Assembly (NCBI GenBank): GCA_013265495.1
Contig: MU058645.1
Location: 434,001-498,000, forward strand
DNA: 64,000 bases
Source: Vicugna vicugna
Lineage: Eukaryota
Direction of reading: 5' to 3'
The translations under genes and the position numbers were made by a program. Positions within the stretch are counted from its first letter, which is position 1. Each line of letters opens with the position of its first letter. Shown here one piece after another: positions 37,940 through 51,003 of this stretch. A model generated the notes under the pieces. That model ran no database searches. It saw nothing but the letters and a program-made list of their open reading frames with translations, and had not been told where the DNA came from.

Positions 37940-40900
37940 ACTTTGTTATTTTTAGAGCACTGTAAGGCTTACGACAAATCGAGAGGGAGGTGCGGAGATT
38001 ACTCCTGCCCCCACGTATGCATTGCCTCCCGAATTATCTGCATCACTCACTGGAAAGGTACTTTTTTTAATCAGGAATGAACCCGCATTAACATATCTCA
38101 ATCATCCAATGTCCATAGTTTATCTTAGGAGTTGCTTTGGTGTCACACATCCTCTGAGTTTGTACAAAAGTAAATTGATGTACAGCCATCATTATAATAT
38201 CACACAGAGTATTTTCATTGCTCTGAAAACCCTCTGTGCTTTGTCTAACCCTTGCCAAAACTGATCTCTTTCACTGTCTCCGTAATTTTACCTCTTCCAG
38301 AAAGTCACGCAGTTGGAATTATGCAATACATAGACTTTTCAGATTGGCTTCTTTCACTTAGTTACGTGTATTTAACTCTCCTCCATGTCTTTTTATGGAT
38401 TAATAGCTCATTTCTTTTTAGCATCAAATAATATTCCATTGTCTGGATATATCACTATTTATCCATTAACTGACTGAAGGACATCCTGGTTGCTTCCAAG
38501 TTTTGGAAATTATGAATGAAGCCACTATGCACATCCATGTGCAGGTTTTCGTATGAACATAAGTTCCTTTAGGTAAATACCAAGCAGTGTGACTGTTGGA
38601 CTGTATGAAAAGAGTATGTTTAGTTCTAAAAGAAACCATCAGACGCTCTTCCAAAGTGGCTGTGCTGCTGTGCATTCGCACCAGCAAAGAATCACATGTT
38701 ACTTCACGTCCCTGATAGCATTTCATGTTGTTGGTGTTCTGGATTTTGGCCACTCTCATAGGTGTGTAGTGGTATCTTGTTGTTTTAATTTGCATTTCCC
38801 TGATGACATGGTGTGGAGCCTCCTTTCATGTACTTACATGCCATCTGAACCATCTGAATACCTTCTTTGGTGACGTGTCAGTTAAGGTCATTGGCCCATT
38901 TTTTAATTAAGCAGATCGCTTTCTTATTCTTAGGTTTTAAGGGTTCTTTGTATGTTTTGGATAATAGTCTTCATTCAGATGTATCTTTCGGAAATAGTTT
39001 CTCCCAGTCTGTAGCTTGCCCTCTAATTATCTTGGTGCTGTCTTCTGCAGAAAAGATTTTTTTAAATTTAATTATCAATTATTTCTTTCATGAATTGTGT
39101 CTTTGGTGTTGTATCTAAGAAAATCACCACACCCAAGGCCATTTAGGTTTTCTCCTATGTTATCTTTCAGGAGTTTACAGTTTGAGTTTCACATTTCAGG
39201 TCTGTGATCCATTTTGAGTTAATTTTTGTGAAAGGTGTAAGGCCTGCATCAAGGTTTGTTTTTTGCATGTAGATGTCCAGTTGTTTCAGGACCAATTTTT
39301 GAAAAGACTGTTTTAAACAGATGTTTTGTTTCATTCTGTTGCCTTTGCTCCTTCATCAAACATCAGTTACTTTATATATGTGTCTGTTTCTGAGGTCTTT
39401 ATTCTGTTTCATTGATGTATTTGTCCATTTTTTTCCACCAGTACCACACTGTCTTGAAAGCTTTACAGTAAGTCTTGAAGCCTGACAGTGTCAGTCCTCC
39501 AACTTTGCTCTCCTTCAGCATTGTGTTGGATATTCTGGGTCTTTTGTCTCCTCTCTGTATGAACTTTAGAGTCAGTTTGTCAATATCCACAAAATAACCT
39601 GCTGGAGTTCTGATTGAGTTTGCATTGAATCTGTAGGTCAAGTAAGGTATTACTGACCTCTTGAAAATACTGAGTGTTTCTATCCATGAACATGGAATAT
39701 CTATCTCTCCATTTATTTAGCTCTTTGATTTCATTTATCAGGTTTTGTAGTTTTCCTCACACAGATATTTACATATTTTGTTAGATTTATACCTAAGTAT
39801 TTTATTTTGAGAGAATGCTAAATTAAATGGTATGGTGTTTTTAATTTCAAATTCCATTTATTCATTGTTGGTATGTAGGAAAGAAATTGACTTTTGTATG
39901 TCAACCTTGTGCCCTGCAAGCTTGCTATACTCTCTTATTAGTTGCAAGAGTTTTTGGATTTTGGTTGAATTTTTTTTTTAGAATTCTACATAGATGATCA
40001 CGTGATCTGCAAACAAAGACAATTTTAGGTCATCCTTCCCAATCTGTAGAGCTTTCCTTTTCTTTTCTTGCCTTATTGCAACAGCAAGGACTTCCAGTAC
40101 GATGTTGAAAAGGAGTAGTTTACAAGGGACATCCCTGACCTGTACCTGATCCTAGTGGGAAAGTTTTGGGTTTCTCACCATTAAGTGTGATGTTAGCTGT
40201 AGGTTTGTGGTAAGTGATATGGTTATGAAGTTGAAAAAGCTCCCCTCTATTCCTAGTTTACTAAGTTTTATCATAAATGAATGTTGGGTTTTGTCCCATG
40301 CTTTTCCTGAATCTATTAATATGCTCACATAATTTTTATTTATTAGTCTATTGACCTGATGGATTCTAATAATTAACTTTAAGTTGTTGAACCAGCTTTG
40401 CGTAATTGGGATTAACCCCCGTTGATTGTGGTGCATAATTTATTTTATGCTTTTGGGAGTTTAATTTGCTAAAATTTTGTTGAGGATGCTGTGTCTGTGT
40501 TTGTGAGAGATACTGGTCTGTAGTTTCCTTGCAATGTTGTTGCCTGGTCTTGGTGTTCAGATAGGGCTGGCCTCACCGAATGCGTTTGGAAGTGGTCCTT
40601 TTGCTTCTATCCTCTGAAAGAGATTATAAAGAATTAGTATAACTTCTTTCTTACTTCTTTGTATAATTCACCAGTGAACTCATATGGACCTGTTGCTTCC
40701 TCTTTTGGAAGGTTATTAATCATTTATTTAATTCCTCCAATAGATACAAGACTATTCAGATTACCTATTTCTCCTTGTGTGAGTTTTAGCAGATTATATC
40801 TTTCAAGGAATTGGTCTCTTCCATCTAGTTGTCAGATTTTTTGGCATAGAGTTGATCACAGTATTCCTTGATTATCTTTTTAATGTCCATCAGATCTATA

Positions 40901-41000
40901 GTAATGTCTTCTCTTTCATTTCTGGTATCAGTAATAATTATCCAATCACATTTTTTCTTAGTTCTGCTGGCTAGAGATTTATGAATTTTATTGGATAAAG
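37940..41000 (-). mobile_element. ~3 kb old L1MB/MC (3'UTR plus ORF2 RT and C-terminal region)
   Basis: Minus-strand ORF remnants MQIKTTRYHYTPMRVAKI, YRFNANSIRTP...KLTLKFI...GGLTLSGFKTY, HHNQRGLIP...ILIDSGKAWDKTQHSFMIK are L1 ORF2p motifs. Confidence 0.92.
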
Positions 41001-41161
41001 CATTTTTTCAAACATAATTTTATTCTAATACTTATTCACTAATATAAACAGGCTTGAACTACATCTTTGCCTCATAAATCCAGATTCTGTTTGATCAAGT
41101 GAGGTATGTCCTAAGGTCTTTAGGCTCTTATGTTCAATACAAAATACCAATTCCCCTAAGA

Positions 41162-41352
41162 AAGTAGTTTCCAAATTTTGGTCCAAAAATCACCTGCATC
41201 AATATCAACTGATGAGCTGGAGCTGAGATTGTTAGTTAGAATATTTGATTTCTTGCTGCAGCCAGATACCAAGAATCAGATTCTCTTCAGGTGGGGAAGG
41301 GACTCACAGTCTACGCCTTTTCCAGAGTGACTTTTGGCACACTGAAGTGTGC
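41162..41352 (+). mobile_element. MER5-type hAT-Charlie remnant (AT-rich, decayed)
   Basis: agtagtttccaaattttggtcc...cacctgcatcaatatcaactg...gaatcagattctct...gtgacttttggcacactgaagt. Confidence 0.55.
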
Positions 41353-41854
41353 CTTATGTATTCTTTACAAATACAATGGCTACATAAATTAAGTCCTTTC
41401 TCTCTTCACTCCTGTCTTTCAATCACTCAGTTAGGATTTCAAAATACACATGGAAAGTACAGTGATGATCTATAAAAATTTCCAATGTGATTTCATAAGA
41501 TAACAAGTTTATTAAAAATTGAAGGTAATTTTAGTAAGCCATTAAGTATACAGCTTAGTATAGATAGAAAATGTTTCGGGAGGTCTAGTGTGGGAATACC
41601 TGCTCTCATCTTTGTGTTCAGCAAGTTTTTAGTAGAGGAAAGGGATTAAAAGTAGACTTTTGAGAGAATGGGTTGCCTTAAAATCAATATTAGGAAAAAG
41701 AAGTAAGCAAAAAATGAAAAAGAACAAGGCAAGTTTGCAGATCAATCATTGGTGTGCTAAAAGCAATGTCTTCTCCAAGTCTGGGTAATAAAAAGGGACA
41801 TTATCTGTATCAAATTTTCAAATAATAACAAACTCATCAAAAGCCAATCTGCTT

Positions 41855-42175
41855 TTTTATTTTTTTTCCTGCTTTAATTAGATGTAATTGGCACAGGACA
41901 TTATACACATTTAAGTTGTATAATGTGGTAAATTGATATATCTCTATATTGTGAAATTTTAACGCAGTTAGGTTGGTTAGCACCTCCACCACCTCACACA
42001 TGTGTGTGTGTGTTAAGAACACTTAAGGTCTACTGTCTCAGCCACTTTCAAGTATACAAGACAGTACTGTTGATCACAGCCACCGGGCTGCGCTCTGGAC
42101 CCCCAGGGCGTCTTCCTTTTACAGCTGAAAGTTTATGCCATTTCATCACTTTCACCCATCAGCCCCCTACTGCCA
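41855..42175 (-). mobile_element. L1MA 3'UTR end
   Basis: ttttttcctgctttaattagatgtaattggcac...ttaagaacacttaaggtctactgtctcagccactttcaagtatacaa. Confidence 0.85.
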
Positions 42176-42814
42176 GTTTGCAAAACAATACAATTTTAAA
42201 CTATTTCAGTGCTAAAATACTTAATCCTCTAAAAAAATTGCTGGTCTAAATTCTGTTACTTTTAAGATTTAGTAACCTATGTGCGTGCTTCCGAGGAGCA
42301 TTTTTAGATTACTTATCCTTAATATAAGTTGTATTCCACATGATAGTTATTTCAGAGAACTCAGCTACATGTGTCTGTTTGGAGAGTAAGTCTGCAAAGT
42401 TTGAGGATCATATGAGCTTGCTTTGGACACAGGACAGGTCTCGAAATCCTGTGGTAATACATGTGCTGGTGTTTAAACAGTAGATTTGAAATAGAAAATG
42501 ACAGAACAGAAACAACAATTCATTTCAGCCACCACAAAATATAACAAACTGGATATTATATCACAAAGAAATCAAAATTTGAAGAATACCAGAAGGAATA
42601 GCCAAAAATGCTAGTCTAATGTGTTCATAAAATTTTTAAAAGGTAATACTTGAGTACCTTTATGGTTTCCAGCAAGAAATATATACTCCTAAAAAGCAGT
42701 AAATAAAATAATGCCAGTGTTTGCTTTCATTCTATCATTTTCTCTGATGTTTGGGAAAAACGTTTAAAATTTTAACAAAAAATAGTAATTTATAATAAAT
42801 TTTCTAATAAATTT

Positions 42815-43333
42815 CTTTTTATAGCGTTATAATTGGCATAACATTATATTCATTTCAATTATACAGCATAATGATTTGATATTCTTATATATTGCAAAAT
42901 GATCACAATAAGTCTAGTTAACGTTTGTCACCACATATAGTTTCAGATTTTTCTCCTTCCTGTGCGAAGACTTTAAGATTTACTCTCTTAGCAACTTTCA
43001 AACATGAAATACAGTATTAACTAATATCACCATGTTGTACATCATATCCCATGACTTATTTATCCTGTAATTGGAAATTTATACCTTTGGACTCTCTTCA
43101 TCCGTTTTACCCACCCACCCCCACCCCAGACCCTCACCTCTGAAAACCACTAATCTATACAGTATCTATAAGCTTTGTTCCTATGTTTTTCTTTTGTCTT
43201 AAGATTCCATATATAAGTAAGATCATATGACATTTGTCTTTCTTCTTCTGATTTATTTCACTTAGCAAAATGCCCTGAGGTTCCATCCATATTTTTTTTA
43301 GAGAAACAATCTTTTTTATGCCTAATGGTATTT

Positions 43334-43372
<39 letters not shown>

Positions 43373-43582
43373 TATACATACAATTCTTCTTTAAAAATTC
43401 ATTGGTTGTTTACATATCTTGACTATTGTAAAAAATACTTCAGTGAACATGGGGAGCATATATTTTTTCAAATTACTGTTTTTGTTTTCTTGGGATAAAT
43501 TTCCAGCAGTGGTATTGCTGGATCATATGGTGGTTCTATTTTTAATTTTTTGAGAAATCTCTGTGCTGTTTTCCATAGTGTG
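42815..43582 (-). mobile_element. L1MA9-like 3' end with (TA)n(CA)n insert
   Basis: ttataattggcataacattatat...ctttaagatttactctcttagcaactttcaa...agattccatatataagtaagatcat...ggtattgctggatcatatggtggttctattttt. Confidence 0.9.
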
Positions 43583-43899
43583 GTAAAATTCTCCCGTGAC
43601 TTTTTTTTTGTACAGAAATATTTAAAAGCTATAAGAATCAAATCTGGAGAAATAAAAACATGGATGGTATTTTAATTTCTGAAATTTATTGTATAATGGA
43701 TATTTTATGAATCTCTATCAAACTTATCATTCTGCTAAAGAACTTTTAATGTATCTTTTCTTCATGTGAAGGAAAACTTTTTGAGTTTAAAAGTATTCTT
43801 TGATCAGCTATTAATGAAGATAAATGGACAAATCTGGTTTTACTCTCTGCTGAACATGATCATGCAAAGATCAATTTTGACAGTCATTGACAAATTGGC

Positions 43900-44520
43900 A
43901 GAAGTTAATGTTCAAAAACAGAAATTGTAATTTTATAATTCTCTGTTGTGATAAACATGGTTATAATTTCCTTGCATTATGCCACTTATGTATACCCTGA
44001 TCAATTATGCTATTGTTTCATATATTTTAAAGTTTTCTATAACTTATATCACACCATAATATATTTTTCTGAAACTATGTTTATTCATTTAATGCTGTGT
44101 TTGTGAGTCATCTATGTTGATATATGTGGTGTTAATTTATTTGTTTTCACTACTCTGTCTTGCACAATGGCATGAATACATCTTTTCGAATGCATCTTCC
44201 TGTGGGTGAATGTTTATATTGTTTCCAAATTGCTGCCACTGTCTCCCTAGGGCCATACCCTTATAGCTATGCGTAAAGCAACTCAATTAGAGGATATACA
44301 TTTCTTAAACTTTACCAGATATGCCATATTATTCTTCAAGATATTTATATAAATATATATTCTCACAAGCAATGAGTCAAACTTCCAACTGCAATCAGTT
44401 TTTAACTTTTTCAAATCTGTGTGCAAAATGTTTTATCACTGTGGTTTGATTTTATCCCTGATTACCAGTGAGGTCGCATATCTTTTCATACGCTCTTTGT
44501 GAATGCAGTTTTTGAAGCCC
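43900..44520 (-). mobile_element. Ancient L1ME remnant
   Basis: ttgtgagtcatctatgttgat...ttgtttccaaattgc...ctttaccagatatgcc...ccctgattaccagtgaggt. Confidence 0.6.
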
Positions 44521-44989
44521 TCATCCTACAAGTCTCACTGCTGCTTCTCCACATTCTCTGACAACCGTTACATTCTGGGTATTTTGATTTGTACAAACTG
44601 ATATTTATTGATTTGATGATTGTTTGGCTTGTCAGCTGCCAGTAACACTCAAAAATAAGAATCATTTACTGAAATTAATTATATGTTAATTAACCAGTAA
44701 GTTACTAGCTTTGTAATTCTTTATACAGATGTTTACTATTTTAATATATATCTTCATTTTTTCTCTATTTAGAGTGATGTAATATGTTCCAATTTCCTCT
44801 TAAAGCAAAAATATTGAGAAATACTTATTTTTTTCTATATTCTTCAGTGATACAGAGAGAACTATCTTCTTAGGACATAAAAATAATTCAACAGAAAAGC
44901 TAAACAATTTAAACACACATGAGAAATTACGGAAGATGCAAGTCCAGGTGCAGACCTGGGTTCCGTGAGAACTTCGCACCCCACCTGCG

Positions 44990-45370
44990 GGTCTCACCGT
45001 CCTGACCTCGGTTCCTCCCAAGCGCCCCTCCCCCACCGGAGGAAGCATCACTCCGAGTGGTCCCTCTCGCGAGAACCACCCAGCTCACGTCTGCCCCCGG
45101 AGCCTCACCAGGGCTCCCCTCTTCCTGAAATCCCCTCCTGAGATCTTCTCAGGGCCTGATTTCTCAACCAAATTAACCCGAAACAGTCCAATTTCTATCA
45201 CATTCTTTTAATTTTCTTTGTAATGGTTTTTCACCATCTGATATGCTCACTTTTTACTTTTTGTTACCTGTTTCACTCTATAGGAACACAGCTCCAAGAG
45301 GCCAGGGCCCCTGGGCATCCCTGGTGCCTGGAACAGTGCCTGGCCTGCCAGCACGCAGTAAATGTACTTT
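44990..45370 (+). mobile_element. L2 3' region
   Basis: Pyrimidine-rich L2 body ending agctccaagaggccagggcc...gtgcctggaacagtgcctggc...agtaaatgt. Confidence 0.6.
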
Positions 45371-48300
45371 GAAGGCTTACTCATTCAAGGTCGTTTAAAG
45401 GTCACACTTCTCACATTAATATATTAAAGCCATGCAAAGCTAGGAAAATGTACTAGTGACAGTCACAGTATTGTCATGGTGGCTTTTATGACTAATACAA
45501 AGCAATTCAATTTACTTCCTATATTTGGAGTGCCAGACCGTGGCTTTTATGTTGATGAATGATTCTGCAGGACTAGACTAATTGAAAGGCATTTGAATTA
45601 CAGACACTCGACTATGGTTTTTGTATATGGAGAAGAAACACGTGTGTGAAAATAAAGCAGACCAACCATTTCAGTGGTCTCCTAATCTGATAACGACGCT
45701 TCAGCAAGAGCTGCCTGGGCTCTGCCTGTAGGAAGGAGCCCAAGGTCACATTACTCAACAAGTAATATTCAACCAGCTATTCTGGCTCTAAATAAATGCA
45801 GATGACACAGAAATTCTGGGTCCAAAATCATCCTCAAGGCTGCTCTCTATTCACATTGCCAGTGAAACCATTTAACCAGAGACCAGGAAGAAGGTCAGTG
45901 GGCTGGGTCTTTGCAGGTATTTTTGAATGCTAAAATAAATAAAGCAAAAAGTACCATCAGATGGTGCTTCTTTATTTGGATGCTTTTCAGAATATGAAAA
46001 CAAGTGGCCTCTTGTTTGAAATGGAACACATCAATGCATTAATAACATGAATGTAATACGCTATAGAATCAAATCGCATTTTTCGATCCACTAATTCCAA
46101 GAAAAAAAAAACATACTCACAGTTCAGAGAGTTGTGTGTTGATTCTTATCTTTGCAAACACTTTATTCCAGATGTGACTATTCAGCAGTGTGAACACATT
46201 TGCTCAGGGATTGTTATGTTACATAGGAAAGGAGCTACAGAGAACGTATCTCTGGGGAAAGATGCAGATGTGGGTGGTTGGCATCTTGCCCTGCAAGTCC
46301 CCTAAAGAGCCTTTGTGGAGCTCATCCGTTGTTACTGTTTTTGCCTTAGTGTTTGTATGTAAGCATGTCCATGGAGCTTATCCTTATAGGTACATAGTGA
46401 TATAGTGTGTTTGTTTACTATCACCAGTAACATGACACAATTATCAGCCGGGAACTGAACCTTTGAGAAGCTGAGTGAATCAGAAGGATCATTTGTTCTA
46501 TTACACTAGCTAGAAGCCATGACTTCTAACTCCAAAACCTGAAACATTTTATGCCGGCTTCTAAAGGCCCTTGCTGGCATGTATGTTTCATTGTCCATCC
46601 AAACTCATGAGAAACTGGAATCTGTTGATATTTCCTATATTATTATTTTAAAATAATAAAATTAATGGTTTAATCATGCCAACTTAGCCGAGGTCAGTAA
46701 GAACAGAGACGCTCACTTTCCACCTCTAATTAAAGAATTATTCAGACCAAGGGACGCTTCGTAGCTGGGAGCATTCTGTTTATATTTCAGGAGCCCTCAT
46801 CACATGCAGTCAGTCTTGTACTTGTAAAATTGGTGATAATAATCTTCTAGAGCAAAGCTCACCTACGGGTGGGCTCGGCAGACACGACTTCTAAACTGGG
46901 TTCTTGAACGCTTCACTCTACCCCATGAACCACCTCAACCGAATGAGCATAGAGCAACTGAAGGGATGAATAAATGGAATATTCAGGGCATAATTAAACA
47001 CTGACCTTTCACCAAAGAAGGTATTGGTGACCTAACCCTAGACTGACGACAAGCTGAGTGTATAACCAAGGCAAACTTTGTTTCTAATTGACAGCTAACA
47101 GTTATTTTGGATTATGCACAGAAGTGACCTCCCCCAAAATGATCCCACCCTCCCCTAAGACAAGTACGTCCCACGTGTAATCCATGTATCTTTAGCAAGG
47201 CTGTAGAGTTTCTTTTTCCGTTGTTGATTTTTTTTTCCAGTTCAAAGCCACTTTCATTTTGCATACCAAGAATTTAGTAAAATTCTGAACAAGTTTGCTA
47301 GGTTAACTATTTTAAAATTTCAAACTAATAAACTAAAAACATTTAGCATGTTGTTTTAACCTATTGTGTTTTTGAAAAGAAAAAAATAAAGCCTCCACAT
47401 GGAGACAATTACTGTAAAATTAAGGGAGACAGATATTATATTATTTAAATGTGCAGCTTAAAGCTGCATATTGAAAGTTACGGCCCATTAATGTAAATTA
47501 TTTTGCAGGGGAAATATCTAATTATCTCTCGCAGATAACAAATATAAATGCAAATGTTTCAACCTAATCATAATAACCTGCCGAGAGAGAGGCTGTACGA
47601 TTAGGAATCCAGCCCGTGCCCCCAAGCTGAATTGTGTATGAAATTCACCCTTGGTGTCTCTGCTGTGCCGTCTCTAGGTGGCTCTTTTAATAGCAAAGGA
47701 AAGGAAAATATATTTGAGTTTTTTGTGTGTTGAAATTACATATTTCTAAGAGTGATCATTTGAGGTGATTAATAATAGCAGTGACTTTTTTTTAATTTGC
47801 AACTAACATGGTTCTCAGCAAAATGCAACCCCAACAGTGAATGTTTATGAATTAATTTCAAGGATTTTTTTCATCCACTGATTTCATGTCAGAATTGTTA
47901 ACCTTTCTATAGTTAAAGGCGAATAAAATATTATCAGCCTCAGATCTAAAATATATACTGAAAGGGATCATTTTTTAACACAAATAAGAATTCATACACC
48001 CTTTAAAGGTCAGGACCTACCCCTGTTTCACTCACAGGCACTTTCAGACCAGGTGCTGTATTTACTTCTCTTCAGACATACTTGAGCTCTTGCGGACATT
48101 TCAGCAGCAAATCCAAACACTAGGAAGGCTGAAGCCTTGGATATTCAGCCATGATCTCAAAAGCTCCATTTGGTTATGAAAATCTCTGACCAAGTGAGAG
48201 GCCTGAAAATAAGACCTTCTGTTGTGAAGAGAGTGAAAAGCTTCCCACGCAAGTGGAAGGAATTAAGTATTTGGTTTGCCTTCCCCTCCCCTGCCCGCAT

Positions 48301-49707
48301 TTTAAGATGTACTCTTTAATTTAATGAATTGAAAAAAACAAATTTAACATGTATTTTTACAATATCACCCTTCAGAATTTCTTCCAGTGTCTTCATGTTA
48401 ACATGAAGACCCTGGGTTGACGTGTGCCAAGCCCTTGAATTACTTGAGTTTTGTTAGGTGGCAAGACACAGTGTTCTTCCAGGACGACCACAAGGATAAG
48501 AGTTCATGGGTAGCATTCACGAGGGAAAACCACCACCGCATCTGCATGGCTGAACCGAGCTGGGAAGTCGCAGGGTCTCATGAGCACTGAAACACCGTTG
48601 GGAGAGCCGAGTGGTGCTCTAAGACACGCACAGTCTCGTGAACTACATTGCTGCCACCCTGCCTCTAGTTTCCAACATCAAGGTAATTCACCTACTGTCC
48701 CTTTTCTCCTACTAGTCCATCTACTGCTGACTGCTTGGCTCTCCCTGTAGAGTGCTGGCCTGGCAGATCTGACAGGTGACTGGTCCTCGGAGCAGACGAT
48801 GCACCCCAGGTTGTCTTTAAGTCAGAAACCCATCACTTGTCCATTTGACTGTAGCCAACGTGATCACAGCTGGATTCAGAACACATGCATTCAAGGCTGA
48901 TAATTCTTCAGAATATAGCTGAACAAACTCTTCCTCAAATATTACAGAAGTTCTAAAGTATTCATATTTCTGGCATACTTAATCTTTCCCAAAAGATCAC
49001 TGAAACTTTACAGCTCATTATGACTTGAATCAACATCTTTTTAACTTGCCACATACCCACACATGTCTTCTCATACTGAAATCATTCTAAAAGGTACCTG
49101 AACGTACCATGTTTTCTGACAGCTCTGTTCCCGCACACCTGCTGCCTTTGTCTGGAATGGCTTTCATCAACTCTTCTATTTAGCTAAGTTCTACTCATCT
49201 TTCAAGACCCAGAACAAACACTAAAACAACTATATCTTGCTTCCTACCTGACCAACATCTCTTCCTCCTTCTGTTAAGATTTTTTTTTCTTGAGGAACCA
49301 CTGTTCTCTTACTTTCAGCCCACATTGTTTGGATGAAGCTTACCCCATGCTCAGACAGCAAAGTTGAAGACAGTATCAGTCAACACTTTCTATTCTCATA
49401 GCCATGTGCTGGGATCCAAAGTGGGCACATGCCCCAAGAAGTTGCAACCATCTGGGGCCATTTTATAGAATTACTAAGAAGGAAGTTTTGTTTGTTTACT
49501 TTTACGAAGTTGATTAACTGGCAAAATGTATGTCTGGAGTTTCTGTCAGTATTTATCACTCTATGGATATAACTGATGTATAAGAAAGCCAACATAGATG
49601 TAATTGGAGTTGCGAGAAAGAGAGATCTGGCAACATTATTGGAATACCTGGATCAAACTAAAACTGAATGCATGCTGTTCCCAGAAAGTTCCTTTATGTA
49701 TGACAAA

Positions 49708-49870
49708 TCTCTCTTTCTTTCTTTTCTTTCTTCCTTCCTTCCTCCCTTCCTCCCTCCCTCCCTCTCTCTCTCTCTCCCTTCCTTCCTTCCTTTCTTTCTT
49801 TCTTTCTTTCTTTCTTTCCTTCTTCTTTTCTTTCTTTCCTTCTTCTTTCTTTCTTTCTTTCTTTCCTTCT

Positions 49871-49926
<56 letters not shown>

Positions 49927-49966
49927 TCCTTCTTTCTCTTTTTCTTTCTTTCTTTCTCTCTTTCTT
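49708..49966 (+). repeat. Compound polypyrimidine microsatellite (CCTT/CCCT/CT/CTTT)n
   Basis: About 260 nt consisting only of C and T on the + strand. Confidence 0.97.
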
Positions 49967-50059
49967 GGCTCGAATGAGACTGATCTGAGTTTCATATTGC
50001 TTATAATTAAAAAGACCTAACTAACACAACTTTTTGCCTTAATGAATGGCAATCATCCA

Positions 50060-50358
50060 ACCCACAAATCTGAGATCATTTCTGATCTTCTTTCTCATCC
50101 CCTATATCCACCCCCTAATTTCAGCATCTACTTCCTCACACACCTTTCCTTCTGGAGCCACTGCTTAACAAAAGTTATGTAAGCCACGTGCCTCTTTATA
50201 GCCCTCACTTTGCTGTATCGTATATATTTTCTTGTTTTGTTTTCCTGCACTAGACTGTGAGCTTGTGGAAGGCTGGAACTGTGTCATGTCTTCAAGCAGC
50301 CGATGCCTGATGACTGCATATCACTGGCATTTATTAAATATTTGCTGAACAAATGAAA
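50060..50358 (+). mobile_element. L2 3' end
   Basis: cactagactgtgagcttgtggaaggctggaactgtgtc...ttattaaatatttgctgaacaaatgaa. Confidence 0.7.
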
Positions 50359-50539
50359 CAAAGATGGAGAAACAAAAAGTTGTTTGATTAATAATAGTAT
50401 TGTATAAGTTGCTAAATGTGTTTATTTTAGTTCAAAAACACCAAGTTTCCATTAAAATTCATAAAATTTTTTCTTAATCAAATTTAAGAGTTTTCTGTCT
50501 TCAAATTTTTTCTACAAAAAAATATATCCAACAAATTTA

Positions 50540-51003
50540 GCACTGTGTTTCCTCTGTAGAATACAAGCAGCATTTTTAAAGCTTCATTCTGTAGATCCCA
50601 TTTCACTGGTTCAACAACAGTGAGCAATTTAATAGAGAGAGAAATGAGGTTGATGAGTGAATCAAGGTCCGCATCACAGAGGGTCTCAATTTCTATGCTA
50701 AGCAGTTTGGGTTTTTTGGTGGTGAGCAATTTGGAGCCATTGAAGAATAACCACCCAAGATTCATGTTTTAGAAAGACCATCGCGGCAGGTTCAGGACGT
50801 GGGGAAAGAGCCTAGACACACCCCGATCTACAGAAGACACAGCCCAGCTAAGCATAATTGTCCAGACCACAGCGGTGACAGTGAGGACGAGAAGGGAAGA
50901 TGCCTGAGGAAGTGGATGCTGAAATTAGTGGCTGGATGTAGTGGGTGAGTAAAGAGACCAAAGATGATCTCAGATTTCTGACTTGGATGATGGCCATTCA
51001 TTC
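50540..51003 (-). mobile_element. L2 remnant (antisense)
   Basis: ggagccattgaag...gttttagaaagaccat...aaagatgatctcagatttctgacttgg. Confidence 0.6.

Noticed and set aside
49576..50020. F/L/S-rich and K/E/R-rich ORFs resembling membrane or coiled-coil proteins
   Set aside because: Translations of the (CTTT)n microsatellite
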